A DNA stretch of 64,000 nt. Origin: an uncultured Rhodocyclaceae bacterium (GTDB lineage: Bacteria; Pseudomonadota; Gammaproteobacteria; Burkholderiales; Rhodocyclaceae). The notes below the pieces were generated by a model that was given only the letters and a program-made list of their open reading frames with translations, was not told where the DNA came from and did no database searches. Shown here in pieces: positions 22,587-34,059 of the stretch. The DNA is taken from NCBI GenBank assembly GCA_964475635.1, contig CAYYXS010000019.1, positions 7,072-71,071 of the forward strand, written 5' to 3'. How positions within the stretch are numbered: position 1 is the first letter of the stretch; each line of letters begins with the position of its first letter. Both the position numbers and the translations under genes were made by a program.

Positions 22587-22623
22587 GGTATGCCGCGCGG
22601 CGATGGCTGCCTCAGGGAAAGAA

Positions 22624-22701
<78 letters not shown>

Positions 22702-22742
22702 CTGAACCGAATTATACCAAATGCAGCGTGCGGACGCGCGTC

Positions 22743-23105
22743 TCAGGCCCTCAGAAGGGAGATGATGTTGGCTATCTCCCCGCGCAAGGAATCGGCCGGA
22801 ACGAAATGTTCGGCGGCGGCATGCGACGAGGGAATGTCCTTGCCGCCCCCCTCATCGAGGCGATTGCGCGCACCGCTGATGGTGAAGCCTTCCCGATAGA
22901 GCAATTCGCGTATGCGGCGCACCAGCAGCACTTCGTGGTGCTGGTAGTAGCGGCGATTGCCCCGCCGCTTGACTGGTTTCAGCTGGGTGAACTCCTGCTC
23001 CCAGTAGCGAAGGACATGCGGCTTGACGCCGCATAGTTCGCTTACTTCGCCGATGGTGAAGTAACGCTTGGCCGGGATGGGAGGCAGATCATCCTTGCTT
23101 GCCAT
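22743..23105 (-). CDS. MerR-family regulator (ihfA-linked)
   Basis: [25 protein letters not shown]. Confidence 0.92.
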   Translation of the reverse strand: MASKDDLPPIPAKRYFTIGEVSELCGVKPHVLRYWEQEFTQLKPVKRRGNRRYYQHHEVLLVRRIRELLYREGFTISGARNRLDEGGGKDIPSSHAAAEHFVPADSLRGEIANIISLLRA

Positions 23106-23394
23106 GGCTGCTCAGCTTCTCGACCGAGGCCTTGAGTTTCTGACTGGCATGGAACGTGACGACGCGGCGAGCGGTAATGGGGATCTCTTCACCGGTCTTG
23201 GGATTGCGGCCGGGACGCTGCGGCTTGTCGCGCAACTGAAAATTGCCGAAACCGGACAACTTCACGCTTTCGCCGCGCTCCAGCGCAGTGCGGATTTCTT
23301 CGAAAAAGCCCTCGACCATATCTTTCGCTTCGCGCTTATTCAATCCGACCTTCTCAAACAAAAGATCGGCGAGTTCCGCCTTTGTTAACGTCAT
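23089..23394 (-). CDS. ihfA: Integration host factor alpha
   Basis: TLTKAELA...VKLSGFGNF...[14 protein letters not shown]. Confidence 0.97.
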   Translation of the reverse strand: MTLTKAELADLLFEKVGLNKREAKDMVEGFFEEIRTALERGESVKLSGFGNFQLRDKPQRPGRNPKTGEEIPITARRVVTFHASQKLKASVEKLSSHGKQG

Positions 23395-23403
23395 TTATGC
23401 TCC

Positions 23404-25782
23404 CTAAGAACGCAGCTTGGCGCCGAATCTCCCGGATACCGCCTCGACCAGTCCGGCCAACGCGGAATCGACTTCGCCATCGGAAAGCGTTTTCTCAGTA
23501 TCTTGCATAACTATCCGGAATGCAAGACTTTTTTTCTCAGGATCGACCCCTTTGCCATGGTACAAATCGAACAGGACGACATCCCTGACATGAGGTGCGG
23601 CGGCACCGATCAGGCAATCCAGCAGAGGCTGTACCGGCTGTTCCATATCCACCACCAAGGCGAGGTCGCGCACCACGGCAGGAAAGCGGGAAACCTCCCT
23701 GAATTCCGGCAAAGGTTGCAACAACACCGCATCCAAATCCAGTTCGAAAATCACCGGCGCCACAACCAGTTCGTATTTCTGCACCCACTTCGGATGCAAT
23801 TCACCCACCAGCCCGATCACGCTGCCCTGCAAGACCACCGATGCCGCCCGGCCTGGATGGAGGGCCGGATGATCCACTTTCTCGTACTTCGCCTGCAAGG
23901 GGGCCAGCATGGCTTCGACATCGGCCTTGGCATCGAAGAAATCCGCGCGGCGGGATGGCAGGCCCCATTGTTCCGGTGCGGCCGGTCCGGCAGCCAGGCC
24001 AGCCACCCTTTTCGGCTGCTGGAAACCTGCAATCTGATCTCCCGCGTCACCGCGCATGAAACACCGCCCCGTCTCGAATATCCGCACTCGACCGATGCGC
24101 CGGTTGAGATTCGCTACCAGATTGGACACCAAGCCGCCGATCAAGCTGGAGCGCATGACTCCCATCTGGCTGGCAATCGGGTTGGCCAGCGCCACAGGGT
24201 CCCGATTGTCGCAGAAGTCCTGCTCCCAGGCGGCGTCGACGAAGCTGTAGTTCACCACTTCCTGATAGTCGCGTGCCGCCAGCAGACGGCGTAGTCGCCA
24301 GACGCTTCTTTCGTCCTCGCGCTGCGGCAGGATCGCCAGCGAGCCTCGTGGCCGGCGAGCGGGGATGTTGTCGTAACCGTGGAGGCGCGCCAGTTCCTCG
24401 ATCAGGTCCTCCTCGATGGCGATGTCGAAGCGGTGCGAGGGCGGCGTCACGTTGAAGATGTCCTCTTCGCGCGTGAAGGGAAAATCGAGCCCCTTGAACA
24501 GCCGCGCTGCAACCTCGGTGCCAAGCCGTATGCCGAGAATCTTCTCGGCGCGCGGCACGCGCAGCCGTACCGCTTCGCGTCTCGGCAGATGGCCGCGGTC
24601 TATCGCTTCCGTCACCGGGCCGGCCTGGCCGCCGCAGATGTCGAGGATCAAACAGGTGGCGCGCTCCAAGGCTTCGCTTGTGGCAGCAAAATCGACGCCG
24701 CGCTCAAAACGATAGGATGCATCAGATGAGAAGCCCAGTGCGCGCGCCTTGCCGGCGACCGCCTCGGGCGCGAAGAAGGCGCTTTCCAGGAAGATATCCG
24801 TAGTGCTGTCGGTAATGCCGCTCTCCTCGCCTCCCATGATGCCTGCAAGCGCAAGTGCGCGCTTCTCGTCGGCGATCAGTGCGGTATCGGCGGTAGGTTC
24901 CACAGTCTGTTCATTCAACAGCAGCAACTTCTCGCCTGCCGTAGGGTAACGCACATGCACTGCGCCATGCAGGAGGTCGTTGTCGAAGCCATGAAGGGGC
25001 TGGCCGAGTTCCAGCATGACGTAATTGGTGACATCCACCACGGCATTTATCGAACGGATGCCGGAGCGTTCGAGACTGCGGCGCATCCAGCCCGGCGTCG
25101 GTGCCCCGGCGTCGATGCCGGCCACCACGCGGCCGCAATAGCGCGGGCAGGCGGCCGGAGCATCCAGCACCACCTCCCGGCGCTTGTCGCTGGTGACCCG
25201 GGCTGCTTGTATTGCCGGCATCGACACGATCGCGCCCGTGAGAGCCCCCACCTCCCGCGCAATACCTCTCAGACTCAGGCAGTCGGCCCGGTTGGGGGTC
25301 AGCTTGAGGGTGAACAACTTGTCGTCGAGGGCAAGGTAGCGGCGGATGTCCTCGCCCACCGGCGCGTCATCCGGCAGGCCCATCAGACCGCTGTGATCTT
25401 CCGACAGACCGAGTTCGCGCTCTGAGCAGAGCATGCCGAAGGACTCGATGCCGCGCACCTTGGCAGCCTTTATCTTCATGCCCTGCAGTTCAGCCCCGAC
25501 CAAGGCGCATGGAACCTTCATGCCAGCGGCGACGTTGGGCGCGCCACAGACGATCTGTAGCGTCTCGCCCTGCCCGGCATCGACGCGGCAGAGCTTCAGC
25601 TTGTCGGCATCGGGGTGCTTTTCGACCGCCAGCACATGCGCCACGACGACGCCGGCGAATACCGAAGCGACGCTCTGCAGCGCCTCCACCTCCAGCCCGG
25701 CCATGGTCAGGCCATGCGCCAACTCGGCGCTGGTGATCGGAGGGTTTACAAATTCTCTCAGCCAGAGTTCCGAGAACTGCAT
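23404..25782 (-). CDS. pheT: Phenylalanine--tRNA ligase beta subunit
   Basis: 792 aa; IVCGAPNV, LTPNRADCLS, DASYRFERGVD, FDX-ACB C-terminus. Confidence 0.98.
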   Translation of the reverse strand: MQFSELWLREFVNPPITSAELAHGLTMAGLEVEALQSVASVFAGVVVAHVLAVEKHPDADKLKLCRVDAGQGETLQIVCGAPNVAAGMKVPCALVGAELQGMKIKAAKVRGIESFGMLCSERELGLSEDHSGLMGLPDDAPVGEDIRRYLALDDKLFTLKLTPNRADCLSLRGIAREVGALTGAIVSMPAIQAARVTSDKRREVVLDAPAACPRYCGRVVAGIDAGAPTPGWMRRSLERSGIRSINAVVDVTNYVMLELGQPLHGFDNDLLHGAVHVRYPTAGEKLLLLNEQTVEPTADTALIADEKRALALAGIMGGEESGITDSTTDIFLESAFFAPEAVAGKARALGFSSDASYRFERGVDFAATSEALERATCLILDICGGQAGPVTEAIDRGHLPRREAVRLRVPRAEKILGIRLGTEVAARLFKGLDFPFTREEDIFNVTPPSHRFDIAIEEDLIEELARLHGYDNIPARRPRGSLAILPQREDERSVWRLRRLLAARDYQEVVNYSFVDAAWEQDFCDNRDPVALANPIASQMGVMRSSLIGGLVSNLVANLNRRIGRVRIFETGRCFMRGDAGDQIAGFQQPKRVAGLAAGPAAPEQWGLPSRRADFFDAKADVEAMLAPLQAKYEKVDHPALHPGRAASVVLQGSVIGLVGELHPKWVQKYELVVAPVIFELDLDAVLLQPLPEFREVSRFPAVVRDLALVVDMEQPVQPLLDCLIGAAAPHVRDVVLFDLYHGKGVDPEKKSLAFRIVMQDTEKTLSDGEVDSALAGLVEAVSGRFGAKLRS

Positions 25783-25784
25783 GA

Positions 25785-26813
<1,029 letters not shown>

Positions 26814-26821
26814 TCAAACGT

Positions 26822-26851
26822 AAAAAAAGGAGGCTGCGGGCCTCCTTTTTT
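26822..26851. terminator. Bidirectional-type intrinsic terminator between rplT and pheS
   Basis: AAAAAAGGAGGC-TGCGG-GCCTCCTTTTTT; 7-U tract on the minus strand. Confidence 0.8.
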
Positions 26852-26865
26852 AGCGCGGTACGCAC

Positions 26866-27225
26866 TCAGGCAGCGAGGCTCGCCTTGGCTTGATTCGCAA
26901 TCTGCGCAAAAGCCGGCTTGTCGAATACGGCCAAGTCCGCCAGTACCTTGCGATCAACCTCAATGGAGGCCTTCTTCAGGCCGTTCATCAGCACGCTGTA
27001 GGTCAGGCCCAGTTCGCGCGCGGCGGCATTGATGCGGACGATCCACAGCGAGCGGAACTGCCGCTTGCGCTGGCGACGGTCGCGATAGGCATATTGCCCC
27101 GCCTTCATCACCGCCTGCTTGGCAATGCGATAGACGCTGCCGCGGCGGCCTCGGTAGCCCTTGGCCTGATCGAGAACCTTCTTGTGGCGCGCGCGCGCCG
27201 TTACACCGCGTTTGACTCGTGGCAT
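26866..27225 (-). CDS. rplT: 50S ribosomal protein L20
   Basis: [16 protein letters not shown]...[11 protein letters not shown]. Confidence 0.99.
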   Translation of the reverse strand: MPRVKRGVTARARHKKVLDQAKGYRGRRGSVYRIAKQAVMKAGQYAYRDRRQRKRQFRSLWIVRINAAARELGLTYSVLMNGLKKASIEVDRKVLADLAVFDKPAFAQIANQAKASLAA

Positions 27226-27237
27226 GGTGTCCTCTCC

Positions 27238-27435
27238 TTAAGCGTAGGGCAGCATGGCACGGACCGAAGCGACATCCGAATCATGCACGTTTGCGGCGCC
27301 GCGCAGATGGCGTTTCGCCTTGGTGGTCTTCTTGGTCAGGATGTGGCGCTTGAAGGCCTGGGAGCGCTTGACACTGCCCCCTGGCCGCACCTTGAAGCGC
27401 TTGGCAGCGCCGGATTTGGTCTTCATCTTCGGCAT
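27238..27435 (-). CDS. rpmI: 50S ribosomal protein L35
   Basis: [14 protein letters not shown]...HILTKK; AAGGAG RBS; 65 aa. Confidence 0.98.
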   Translation of the reverse strand: MPKMKTKSGAAKRFKVRPGGSVKRSQAFKRHILTKKTTKAKRHLRGAANVHDSDVASVRAMLPYA

Positions 27436-27558
27436 CGAAGAACTCCTTATGACATGGTGCCGGGTGGCTTCCGATCCGGAAGCGCTTCGACAACCCGCAA
27501 CCACTTGTTCATGAACCAGCCGGCCGGTTCATTCCGCCTGCGCCTCACGGCGCGAAAC

Positions 27559-28089
27559 TCAGTGCTTCTGCTGCTTCTTAATCGGCGCCAGCACCATCAC
27601 GAGCTGGCGTCCCTCCATCTTGGGGAACTGCTCGACCGTGCCGTAGGGATCCAGATCGGCCTTCACCCGCTCCAGCAAGCGCACGCCGAATTCCTGATGC
27701 GCCATCTCCCTGCCGCGAAAGCGCAAAGTCACCTTCGTTTTGTCGCCTTCCTGCAGAAACCGAATCAGATTTCTCAGTTTTATCTGGTAGTCGCCTTCAT
27801 CCGTACCAGGCCGGAACTTGACTTCCTTGACCTGGATTTGCTTCTGCTTCAGCTTTGCTTCATGGGCCTTTTTTGCCTCGGCATACTTGAACTTGCCGTA
27901 GTCCATGATGCGGCAGACCGGCGGTTTGGCCAGAGGTGCGATTTCCACCAGATCCACTCCTGCCTCCTCCGCCATCTTCAGCGCCGACTGGACCGATACG
28001 ATGCCAACCTGTTCGCCGTCCACCCCGATCAGGCGTATTTCGGGGGCATTGATCTCTTCATTCAGGCGCTGCGCCTTCTGCTGTACGAT
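27559..28089 (-). CDS. infC: Translation initiation factor IF-3 with non-canonical ATC start
   Basis: Frame extends above the called GTG as [22 protein letters not shown] to ATC 28089, with GGAG 8 nt upstream and an in-frame TGA at 28093-28095. Confidence 0.93.
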   Translation of the reverse strand: MVQQKAQRLNEEINAPEIRLIGVDGEQVGIVSVQSALKMAEEAGVDLVEIAPLAKPPVCRIMDYGKFKYAEAKKAHEAKLKQKQIQVKEVKFRPGTDEGDYQIKLRNLIRFLQEGDKTKVTLRFRGREMAHQEFGVRLLERVKADLDPYGTVEQFPKMEGRQLVMVLAPIKKQQKH

Positions 28090-28114
28090 GGTTCAATCTC
28101 CAAAAAATGGAAAA

Positions 28115-30031
28115 TCAGGCCGCTCCCGCCTGGGCATCTCGCTCTCGCGTCAGGCGTTCGACAAACGTCTCGAGGGACATTTGCCCGAGGTCTTGAGCGC
28201 CCCGGGCACGCACGGCGACCAGTCCTGCTGCCTTTTCCTTCTCGCCAACGACGACCTGATAGGGCAGCTTCTGCAAGCTATGTTCGCGTATTTTATAGCT
28301 TATTTTCTCGTTGCGCAAATCCGCAACCGCCCTCAAGCCGGCTTCGCGTAGCTTTTCCGCAACAGTTTCGGCGTATTCCGCCTGATGCTCGGAGATATTC
28401 ATGACCACCGCATGAACCGGCGCCAGCCAGAGCGGGAAGGCTCCCGCATGGTGTTCGATGAGGATGCCGATGAAGCGCTCCATCGACCCCAAGATGGCCC
28501 GGTGCAGCATGACGGGTTGGCGACGTGAATTGTCCTCTGCGACATATTCCGCGCCCAGCCGGCCAGGCAGGGAGAAATCCAGCTGCAGCGTGCCGCACTG
28601 CCACACGCGGTTCAGGCAATCCTTCAATGAGAATTCGATCTTCGGGCCGTAAAAAGCGCCCTCGCCCGGCTGCAGGTCGTATTTCAAGTCCTTTGCATCC
28701 AACGCCTGCGCCAGCGCAGCCTCGGCCTGGTCCCAGGTCTCGTCGGAGCCGATGCGCTTATCCGGCCGGGTGGACAATTTGACGAGAATGTCGATGAAAC
28801 CGAAATCTGCATACACCTTGCGCAACAGGTCTATGAAAGCGGCCGACTCCGAAAGGATCTGTCCCTCGGTGCAAAAGATGTGTGCGTCGTCCTGCACGAA
28901 CCCTCGCACCCGCATGATGCCGTGCAGCGCTCCGGACGGCTCGTTGCGGTGGCAGGAACCGAATTCGGCGAGGCGCAACGGAAGATCGCGATAACTCTTG
29001 ATGCCTTGGTTGAATATCTGCACATGGCCCGGGCAGTTCATCGGCTTCACTGCGTATTCGCGCTCCTCGGCCTTGGTAGTGAACATGTGCTCGGCGTAGT
29101 TCTCCCAGTGGCCTGATTTCTCCCACAGCACGCGGTCCATCACTTGGGGCGTACGCACCTCGAGGTAACCGTTGACGGAGAGCAGGCGGCGCATGTACTG
29201 CTCCACCTCCTGCCAGACCACCCAGCCCTTGGGATGCCAGAACACCATGCCGGGCGCCTCGTCCTGCAGGTGGAACAGATCGAGCTGGCGACCCAGCTTG
29301 CGGTGGTCGCGCTTCTCCGCCTCCTCCAGCATGTGGAGATGGGCGTCCAGTTCATCCTTCTTCGCCCAGGCGGTGCCGTAAATGCGCTGCAGCATCTCGT
29401 TGCGGGAATCGCCGCGCCAATAGGCACCGGCCACCTTCATCAACTTGAAGACCTTCAGCTTGCCGGTCGACGGCACGTGGGGTCCTCGGCACAAGTCGAT
29501 GAAATCGCCCTCGCGGTAGAGCGAGACGTCCTGATCAACCGGAATCGAGGCTATGATTTCCGCCTTGTAATGCTCGCCGATTGATTTGAAGAAGTTGACA
29601 GCCTTGTCGCGTGGCCAGACCTCGCGCACGACCGGAAGATCCTTCTTAGCCAGCTCCCCCATACGGGCCTCGATCTGCGCCAGATCTTCCGGCGTGAAGG
29701 GTCGCTTGTAGGAGAAGTCGTAATAGAAGCCGTTCTCGATCACAGGACCGATGGTCACCTGCGCCTCGGGAAACAGCTCCTTGACGGCATAGGCCATCAA
29801 GTGTGCGGTCGAATGACGGATGAGGTCGACCCCGTCGGAGTCCTTGTCGGTGACGATGGCGAGAGAACAGCTCCGGTCGATGCGGAAGCAGGTATCGACC
29901 AGACGACCGTCCACCTTGCCTGCCAGCGCTGCCTTGGCCAGACCGGTGCCAATGGAGGCGGCGACTTCGGCCACCGTCACCGGTTGCGCGAAATCCCTTT
30001 GCGATCCGTCAGGAAGTGTGATTAACGGCAT
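28115..30031 (-). CDS. thrS: Threonine--tRNA ligase
   Basis: [35 protein letters not shown]. Confidence 0.99.
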   Translation of the reverse strand: MPLITLPDGSQRDFAQPVTVAEVAASIGTGLAKAALAGKVDGRLVDTCFRIDRSCSLAIVTDKDSDGVDLIRHSTAHLMAYAVKELFPEAQVTIGPVIENGFYYDFSYKRPFTPEDLAQIEARMGELAKKDLPVVREVWPRDKAVNFFKSIGEHYKAEIIASIPVDQDVSLYREGDFIDLCRGPHVPSTGKLKVFKLMKVAGAYWRGDSRNEMLQRIYGTAWAKKDELDAHLHMLEEAEKRDHRKLGRQLDLFHLQDEAPGMVFWHPKGWVVWQEVEQYMRRLLSVNGYLEVRTPQVMDRVLWEKSGHWENYAEHMFTTKAEEREYAVKPMNCPGHVQIFNQGIKSYRDLPLRLAEFGSCHRNEPSGALHGIMRVRGFVQDDAHIFCTEGQILSESAAFIDLLRKVYADFGFIDILVKLSTRPDKRIGSDETWDQAEAALAQALDAKDLKYDLQPGEGAFYGPKIEFSLKDCLNRVWQCGTLQLDFSLPGRLGAEYVAEDNSRRQPVMLHRAILGSMERFIGILIEHHAGAFPLWLAPVHAVVMNISEHQAEYAETVAEKLREAGLRAVADLRNEKISYKIREHSLQKLPYQVVVGEKEKAAGLVAVRARGAQDLGQMSLETFVERLTRERDAQAGAA

Positions 30032-30074
30032 GGCGCTGCGCCCAAAACAAAGAAGTCAGGAAACGGGGAAACCG

Positions 30075-30102
30075 CTGATCCCTGATCCCTGACCTCTGAT
30101 CC
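30075..30102 (+). repeat. 4x heptamer tandem CTGA(T/C)C(C/T) downstream of tRNA-Val
   Basis: CTGATCC CTGATCC CTGACCT CTGATCC. Confidence 0.75.
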
Positions 30103-30109
30103 CAGTAAC

Positions 30110-30186
30110 TGGTAGGCGCGATAGGACTCGAACCTACGACCCCCACCATGTCAAGGTGGTGCTCTAACCAGCTGAGCTACGCGCCT
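30110..30186 (-). tRNA. tRNA-Val(GAC)
   Basis: 77 nt; anticodon arm CCACC-TTGACAT-GGTGG; 3' CCA. Confidence 0.96.
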
Positions 30187-30197
30187 AAAAGACGCGC

Positions 30198-30226
30198 ATT
30201 ATAACGGATCGAGCTGGCATTTTCAA
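30198..30226 (-). promoter_or_regulatory. sigma70 promoter of tRNA-Val with GC-rich discriminator
   Basis: TTGAAA-N17-TATAAT followed by GCGCGTC. Confidence 0.8.
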
Positions 30227-30243
30227 AGCCGTCGATGAGCGCC

Positions 30244-30948
30244 TCATGAAACGGCCTTGCTCCAGATGCAGTTGCCCCTGCTTTCCCTGCCGATTTCCTC
30301 GAGTACGAGCTGGTGCTCGGCCAGTTCCCCTGGATCGGCTCGCAGAATGCGCAGGAACGGGCGCTCCATGGACAAATCGGCCAGCAGGCACGGCGCAGGG
30401 ACAACGGGAGGAAGGTCCATGATCAGGTTCTCCTGGCCGCGCGTCATAGCCAGATAGACCTCCGCCAGCAATTCCGCATCGAGCAGCGCGCCGTGGAGCG
30501 TACGGCCGGAATTGTCGATGGCATAGCGCTCGCAGAGCGCATCCAAGGAGTTCCGGCGTCCGGGATGCAGTTCCCGGGCCATCTTCAGGGTATCCACGAT
30601 GCCCGCGCTGGCCTGTTCCAGCGGCGCCTGCTTCAGCAAGGCCAACTCGTTGTTGAGAAAACCCACGTCGAATGCCGCGTTGTGGATGACCAGTTCCGCC
30701 CCTTCGACGAAGTCCAGGAACTCTTCGACGATTTCTCCGAACTTGGCCTTGTCCTGCAGAAACTCGTTCGACAGGCCATGGACCGCCAGCGCCCCCGCAT
30801 CGATCTCCCGTTCCGGGTTGATGTAGCGGTGGAACCGCTGCCCGGTCAGCTTGCGGTTGAGCATTTCCACGCATCCGATCTCGATGATCCGATCGCCGAG
30901 CCGGAAATCCAAGCCGGTGGTTTCGGTATCGAGCACGATCTGTCTCAC
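30244..30948 (-). CDS. dnaQ: DNA polymerase III epsilon subunit
   Basis: [32 protein letters not shown]; GTG start 30948 with GGAG RBS. Confidence 0.96.
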   Translation of the reverse strand: MRQIVLDTETTGLDFRLGDRIIEIGCVEMLNRKLTGQRFHRYINPEREIDAGALAVHGLSNEFLQDKAKFGEIVEEFLDFVEGAELVIHNAAFDVGFLNNELALLKQAPLEQASAGIVDTLKMARELHPGRRNSLDALCERYAIDNSGRTLHGALLDAELLAEVYLAMTRGQENLIMDLPPVVPAPCLLADLSMERPFLRILRADPGELAEHQLVLEEIGRESRGNCIWSKAVS

Positions 30949-31403
30949 TTCCGATCTCCACCGAGGCTGACGATCCCGCGGCGCGCCAAGGCGTCGGCGC
31001 GCTCGTTTTCCGCATGTCCAGAATGTCCTTTCACCCAGCGCCACTCAATCCTGTGCCGTGACGCCAGCTCATCGAGTTCCCGCCACAATTCAGCGTTTTT
31101 CACGGGTTGTCTGTCGGCGGTCTGCCAGCCGCGCTTCTTCCAGGCGTGAATCCATTCGCTGATGCCCTTCTGCACATATCGGGAGTCAGTGTGGACGCGC
31201 GCCTGCACCGGCCGTTTGAGGGCCTCCAGGGCGCGGATCACCGCAGTCAGTTCCATTCTGTTGTTGGTGGTATCCGCCTCCCCGCCGAACAACTCCTTTT
31301 CGTGCCCGCCGATCCTCAGCAGCGCCCCCCACCCTCCGGGACCCGGATTTCCGCTGCAGGCCCCGTCCGTATAGATGTCCACGATCCCTTTTGTTTCGCT
31401 CAC
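30945..31403 (-). CDS. rnhA: Ribonuclease HI
   Basis: [40 protein letters not shown]; GTG start. Confidence 0.97.
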   Translation of the reverse strand: MSETKGIVDIYTDGACSGNPGPGGWGALLRIGGHEKELFGGEADTTNNRMELTAVIRALEALKRPVQARVHTDSRYVQKGISEWIHAWKKRGWQTADRQPVKNAELWRELDELASRHRIEWRWVKGHSGHAENERADALARRGIVSLGGDRK

Positions 31404-32122
31404 CGGCCGTCCTTCTGGATTCTCTGCACCGCAGGCGCCAACGCCTTGGCGCGCGCCTTGCGGTCGTGCCAGGCCGGCGTCAGCAGGCGCAGGCCATGCT
31501 GGCGCTTGATGCCCTGGAGCATGTAAACCGCACCTGCAATCGGCCACCATCGGTCGCCGGCAAGTTCAAGGAAATGCCAGCGGCGCAACCATTTTTCCTG
31601 TCTCACGGCAGGCGAATAGCGTCCGAAGCATCCGGCTTGCGTTTCAAAGCTCAACAACTTCAGCAAATCCTTAAGGCGCCGCACGCTGAAGTACTGCCCC
31701 TGCCATGGAAACTCGGCGCGGCGTCCGGCTAGGCGGCGTTTGATGCCCCAGAGACTGAACGGATTGAATCCTGAGATCAGCACCTGACCTTCCGGCACCA
31801 GGACACGCTCGACTTCGCGCAGGATCTGGTGCGGATCGGTGGAAAACTCCAGCACATGCGGCAAGACGACCAGGTCGACGCTGTTGCCCGAAAAAGGAAA
31901 ATGATGCGGATCGCCGAGGACTGCCGCAGTATGGTTCGTATCGTAAATGAAGCGCAGCGGCATACGGTTCGCTCGCAGGCAATCGCATTGCGACAGGCCG
32001 ATCTGTACGGCGTTGAATCCGAAGATATCGGCGACCATCTGGTCGAAGCGGGCCTGTTCCCATTCGAGAATATATTGGCCTTGCGGGGTCTTCAGCCAGG
32101 CATCTAGTCCGGGAATTGACAT
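31400..32122 (-). CDS. Class I SAM-dependent methyltransferase-like protein (YafS-like)
   Basis: [32 protein letters not shown]; position between gloB and rnhA. Confidence 0.85.
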   Translation of the reverse strand: MSIPGLDAWLKTPQGQYILEWEQARFDQMVADIFGFNAVQIGLSQCDCLRANRMPLRFIYDTNHTAAVLGDPHHFPFSGNSVDLVVLPHVLEFSTDPHQILREVERVLVPEGQVLISGFNPFSLWGIKRRLAGRRAEFPWQGQYFSVRRLKDLLKLLSFETQAGCFGRYSPAVRQEKWLRRWHFLELAGDRWWPIAGAVYMLQGIKRQHGLRLLTPAWHDRKARAKALAPAVQRIQKDGR

Positions 32123-32149
32123 TTCGCTCCGATAAACGAGAATCGCGCC

Positions 32150-32914
32150 ATGGACATCGAAGCCTTGCGCGCATTCGAAGACAATTATATCTGGCTGTTG
32201 CGGGAAGGTCGCAGCATCGCTGTCGTCGATCCCGGCGACGATGCGCCCGTTTTGCGCTACCTGGAAGGAAACGACGCGAGGCTGTCCGCCATCCTGATCA
32301 CCCACCACCACGGCGATCACACCGGTGGCGTGGCAGGCCTCGTCATGCGCTATCCGGTTCCGGTCTTCGGTCCGGCCGAAGAGGAGATTCCCGGCATCAC
32401 CACCCCCCTGCGGGAGGGTGACAGCGTAGCATTGCCTGGATTTCAGGCCCGGCTGCGCGTCCTGGCCGTTCCCGGACACACGCGGGGCCATATCGCCTAC
32501 CACGGGGATGGTGCGCTATTTTGCGGGGATACGCTGTTCGCTTGCGGCTGCGGCCGCCTGTTCGAGGGCAGCGCGGAACAAATGTGGGGCTCACTTGCCA
32601 AACTGGCAGCATTGCCCGGAGACACCCTGGTTTACTGTGCCCACGAGTACACCGAAGCAAACATCCGCTTCGCCCTGGCTGTCGAGCCGGGGAATGCCGC
32701 CCTGTTGTCACGCCGGGACAGAGTCGAGAAGTTACGCGCCGACAACCTTGCCAGCGTTCCTTTCCGACTTTCGGACGAGTGGTCCACCAATCCGTTCCTG
32801 AGAAGCGCAGAACCCGATGTGGCAAAATCGGCGGGCCGTCACTGCAAGCGCCAACTCAGCCGGCCCGTGGATGTATTCGCCGCCTTGCGTGAGTGGAAAA
32901 ACGTGTTCCGCTAG
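32150..32914 (+). CDS. gloB: Hydroxyacylglutathione hydrolase (glyoxalase II)
   Basis: DNYIW, THHHGDH, PGHTRGH, GDTLF, CAHEYT, NPFLR. Confidence 0.96.
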   Translation: MDIEALRAFEDNYIWLLREGRSIAVVDPGDDAPVLRYLEGNDARLSAILITHHHGDHTGGVAGLVMRYPVPVFGPAEEEIPGITTPLREGDSVALPGFQARLRVLAVPGHTRGHIAYHGDGALFCGDTLFACGCGRLFEGSAEQMWGSLAKLAALPGDTLVYCAHEYTEANIRFALAVEPGNAALLSRRDRVEKLRADNLASVPFRLSDEWSTNPFLRSAEPDVAKSAGRHCKRQLSRPVDVFAALREWKNVFR

Positions 32915-32955
32915 GACATGCCACAGTCGGCTCGAACACCGAACGGCAGCGTCGG

Positions 32956-33909
32956 CTATCCCCCGGAGGTACCCACTTCCCCCAACTGCACGCGGTTGCG
33001 TCCCTTGCGTTTCGCCTCATACAGCGCCCAATCCGCGGCGGCGATGAGCCTGTGCATGCCCTCGACGCTGCGCGGCTTGGCAGCAGCGACACCAACGCTT
33101 ACCGTCACCATCCCCATCATCGATGCCTCATTCATGCACCCGAGCCCATGAACCGCACTGCGCATGGCCTCGGCAACCTGCAAGGCGCCTCCCGGCGTCG
33201 TGTTGGGCAGCACAACTGCGAATTCCTCGCCGCCATAGCGGGCCAGGATGTCGGCCGGACGCTTGAGGCAGGACTGTAGCGACGCTGCGACGGCCTTGAG
33301 GCATTCATCGCCTGACTGGTGGCCATAGGAATCATTGAACTGCTTGAAGAAATCCACGTCACACATCAGCACGGCCAGCGACTCGCGCTCACGCAGGCAA
33401 CGTCGCCACTCGCGCAGCAACGCCTCGTCGAACTGCCGGCGGTTAGCGATCCCAGTAAGGCCATCCACTGCCGAGAGGCGCGTCAGTTCCTTGTTGGCTT
33501 CGTCCAACCTGCGTGTCATGAGCAGCAGCGCGTCGCGCATCTGGACAATGCGCTGCATGGCGTGCACCTTGGCGACCAGCACCACCTCGCTCACGGGCTT
33601 GAAAATATAATCGTCCCCGCCGGCTTCGATCCCCTTGCGCAAATCCTCGTCCTTGGTCAGGCCGGTCAGGAAAATGATCGGCGTCCATTCACCATGGCCT
33701 TCCATTGCGCGGATACGGCGCGCCACCTCGAAACCGTCGATTCCCGGCAGAACGATATCGAGCAGAATCAGGCCCGGCCTTTCCCGCTCGAAACGCGCGA
33801 TGCCGTCAAGCCCATCGCGCGCCTGCAAGGGTTCGATCCCCATGTTCCCGAGGGCGCGACAGCATACGGCCATGTTGGTCGCCGCATCTTCTATGACGAG
33901 CGCTTTCAT
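32956..33909 (-). CDS. REC-GGDEF diguanylate cyclase response regulator
   Basis: REC domain (IEDA, ILLDIVLP, YIFKP), DGLTGIANRR, RPAD I-site followed by RYGGEEF A-site. Confidence 0.93.
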   Translation of the reverse strand: MKALVIEDAATNMAVCCRALGNMGIEPLQARDGLDGIARFERERPGLILLDIVLPGIDGFEVARRIRAMEGHGEWTPIIFLTGLTKDEDLRKGIEAGGDDYIFKPVSEVVLVAKVHAMQRIVQMRDALLLMTRRLDEANKELTRLSAVDGLTGIANRRQFDEALLREWRRCLRERESLAVLMCDVDFFKQFNDSYGHQSGDECLKAVAASLQSCLKRPADILARYGGEEFAVVLPNTTPGGALQVAEAMRSAVHGLGCMNEASMMGMVTVSVGVAAAKPRSVEGMHRLIAAADWALYEAKRKGRNRVQLGEVGTSGG

Positions 33910-34007
33910 AGACGATTCCGAACGCTATCCTTCACGGGGAAAGCATAAACGAAAAAGGCTCGTGCGACTGTCACCTGAATGGCGGTCTGCAACCGGCATC
34001 GAGGAAA

Positions 34008-34036
34008 TTGACGGTTGTAGATGCCAAGGGTAGCAT
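34008..34036 (+). promoter_or_regulatory. sigma70 promoter of mltD
   Basis: TTGACG-N17-TAGCAT; overlaps the called ATG 34021, favouring ATG 34060 as the true start. Confidence 0.6.
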
Positions 34037-34059
34037 GCTGTTTTCTCCTCGCCGGCTCC

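Noticed and set aside
30032-30109. thrS translational operator mimicking tRNA-Thr
   Set aside because: Only a weak stem with a CGT and a U-rich run; equally explained as the tRNA-Val terminator
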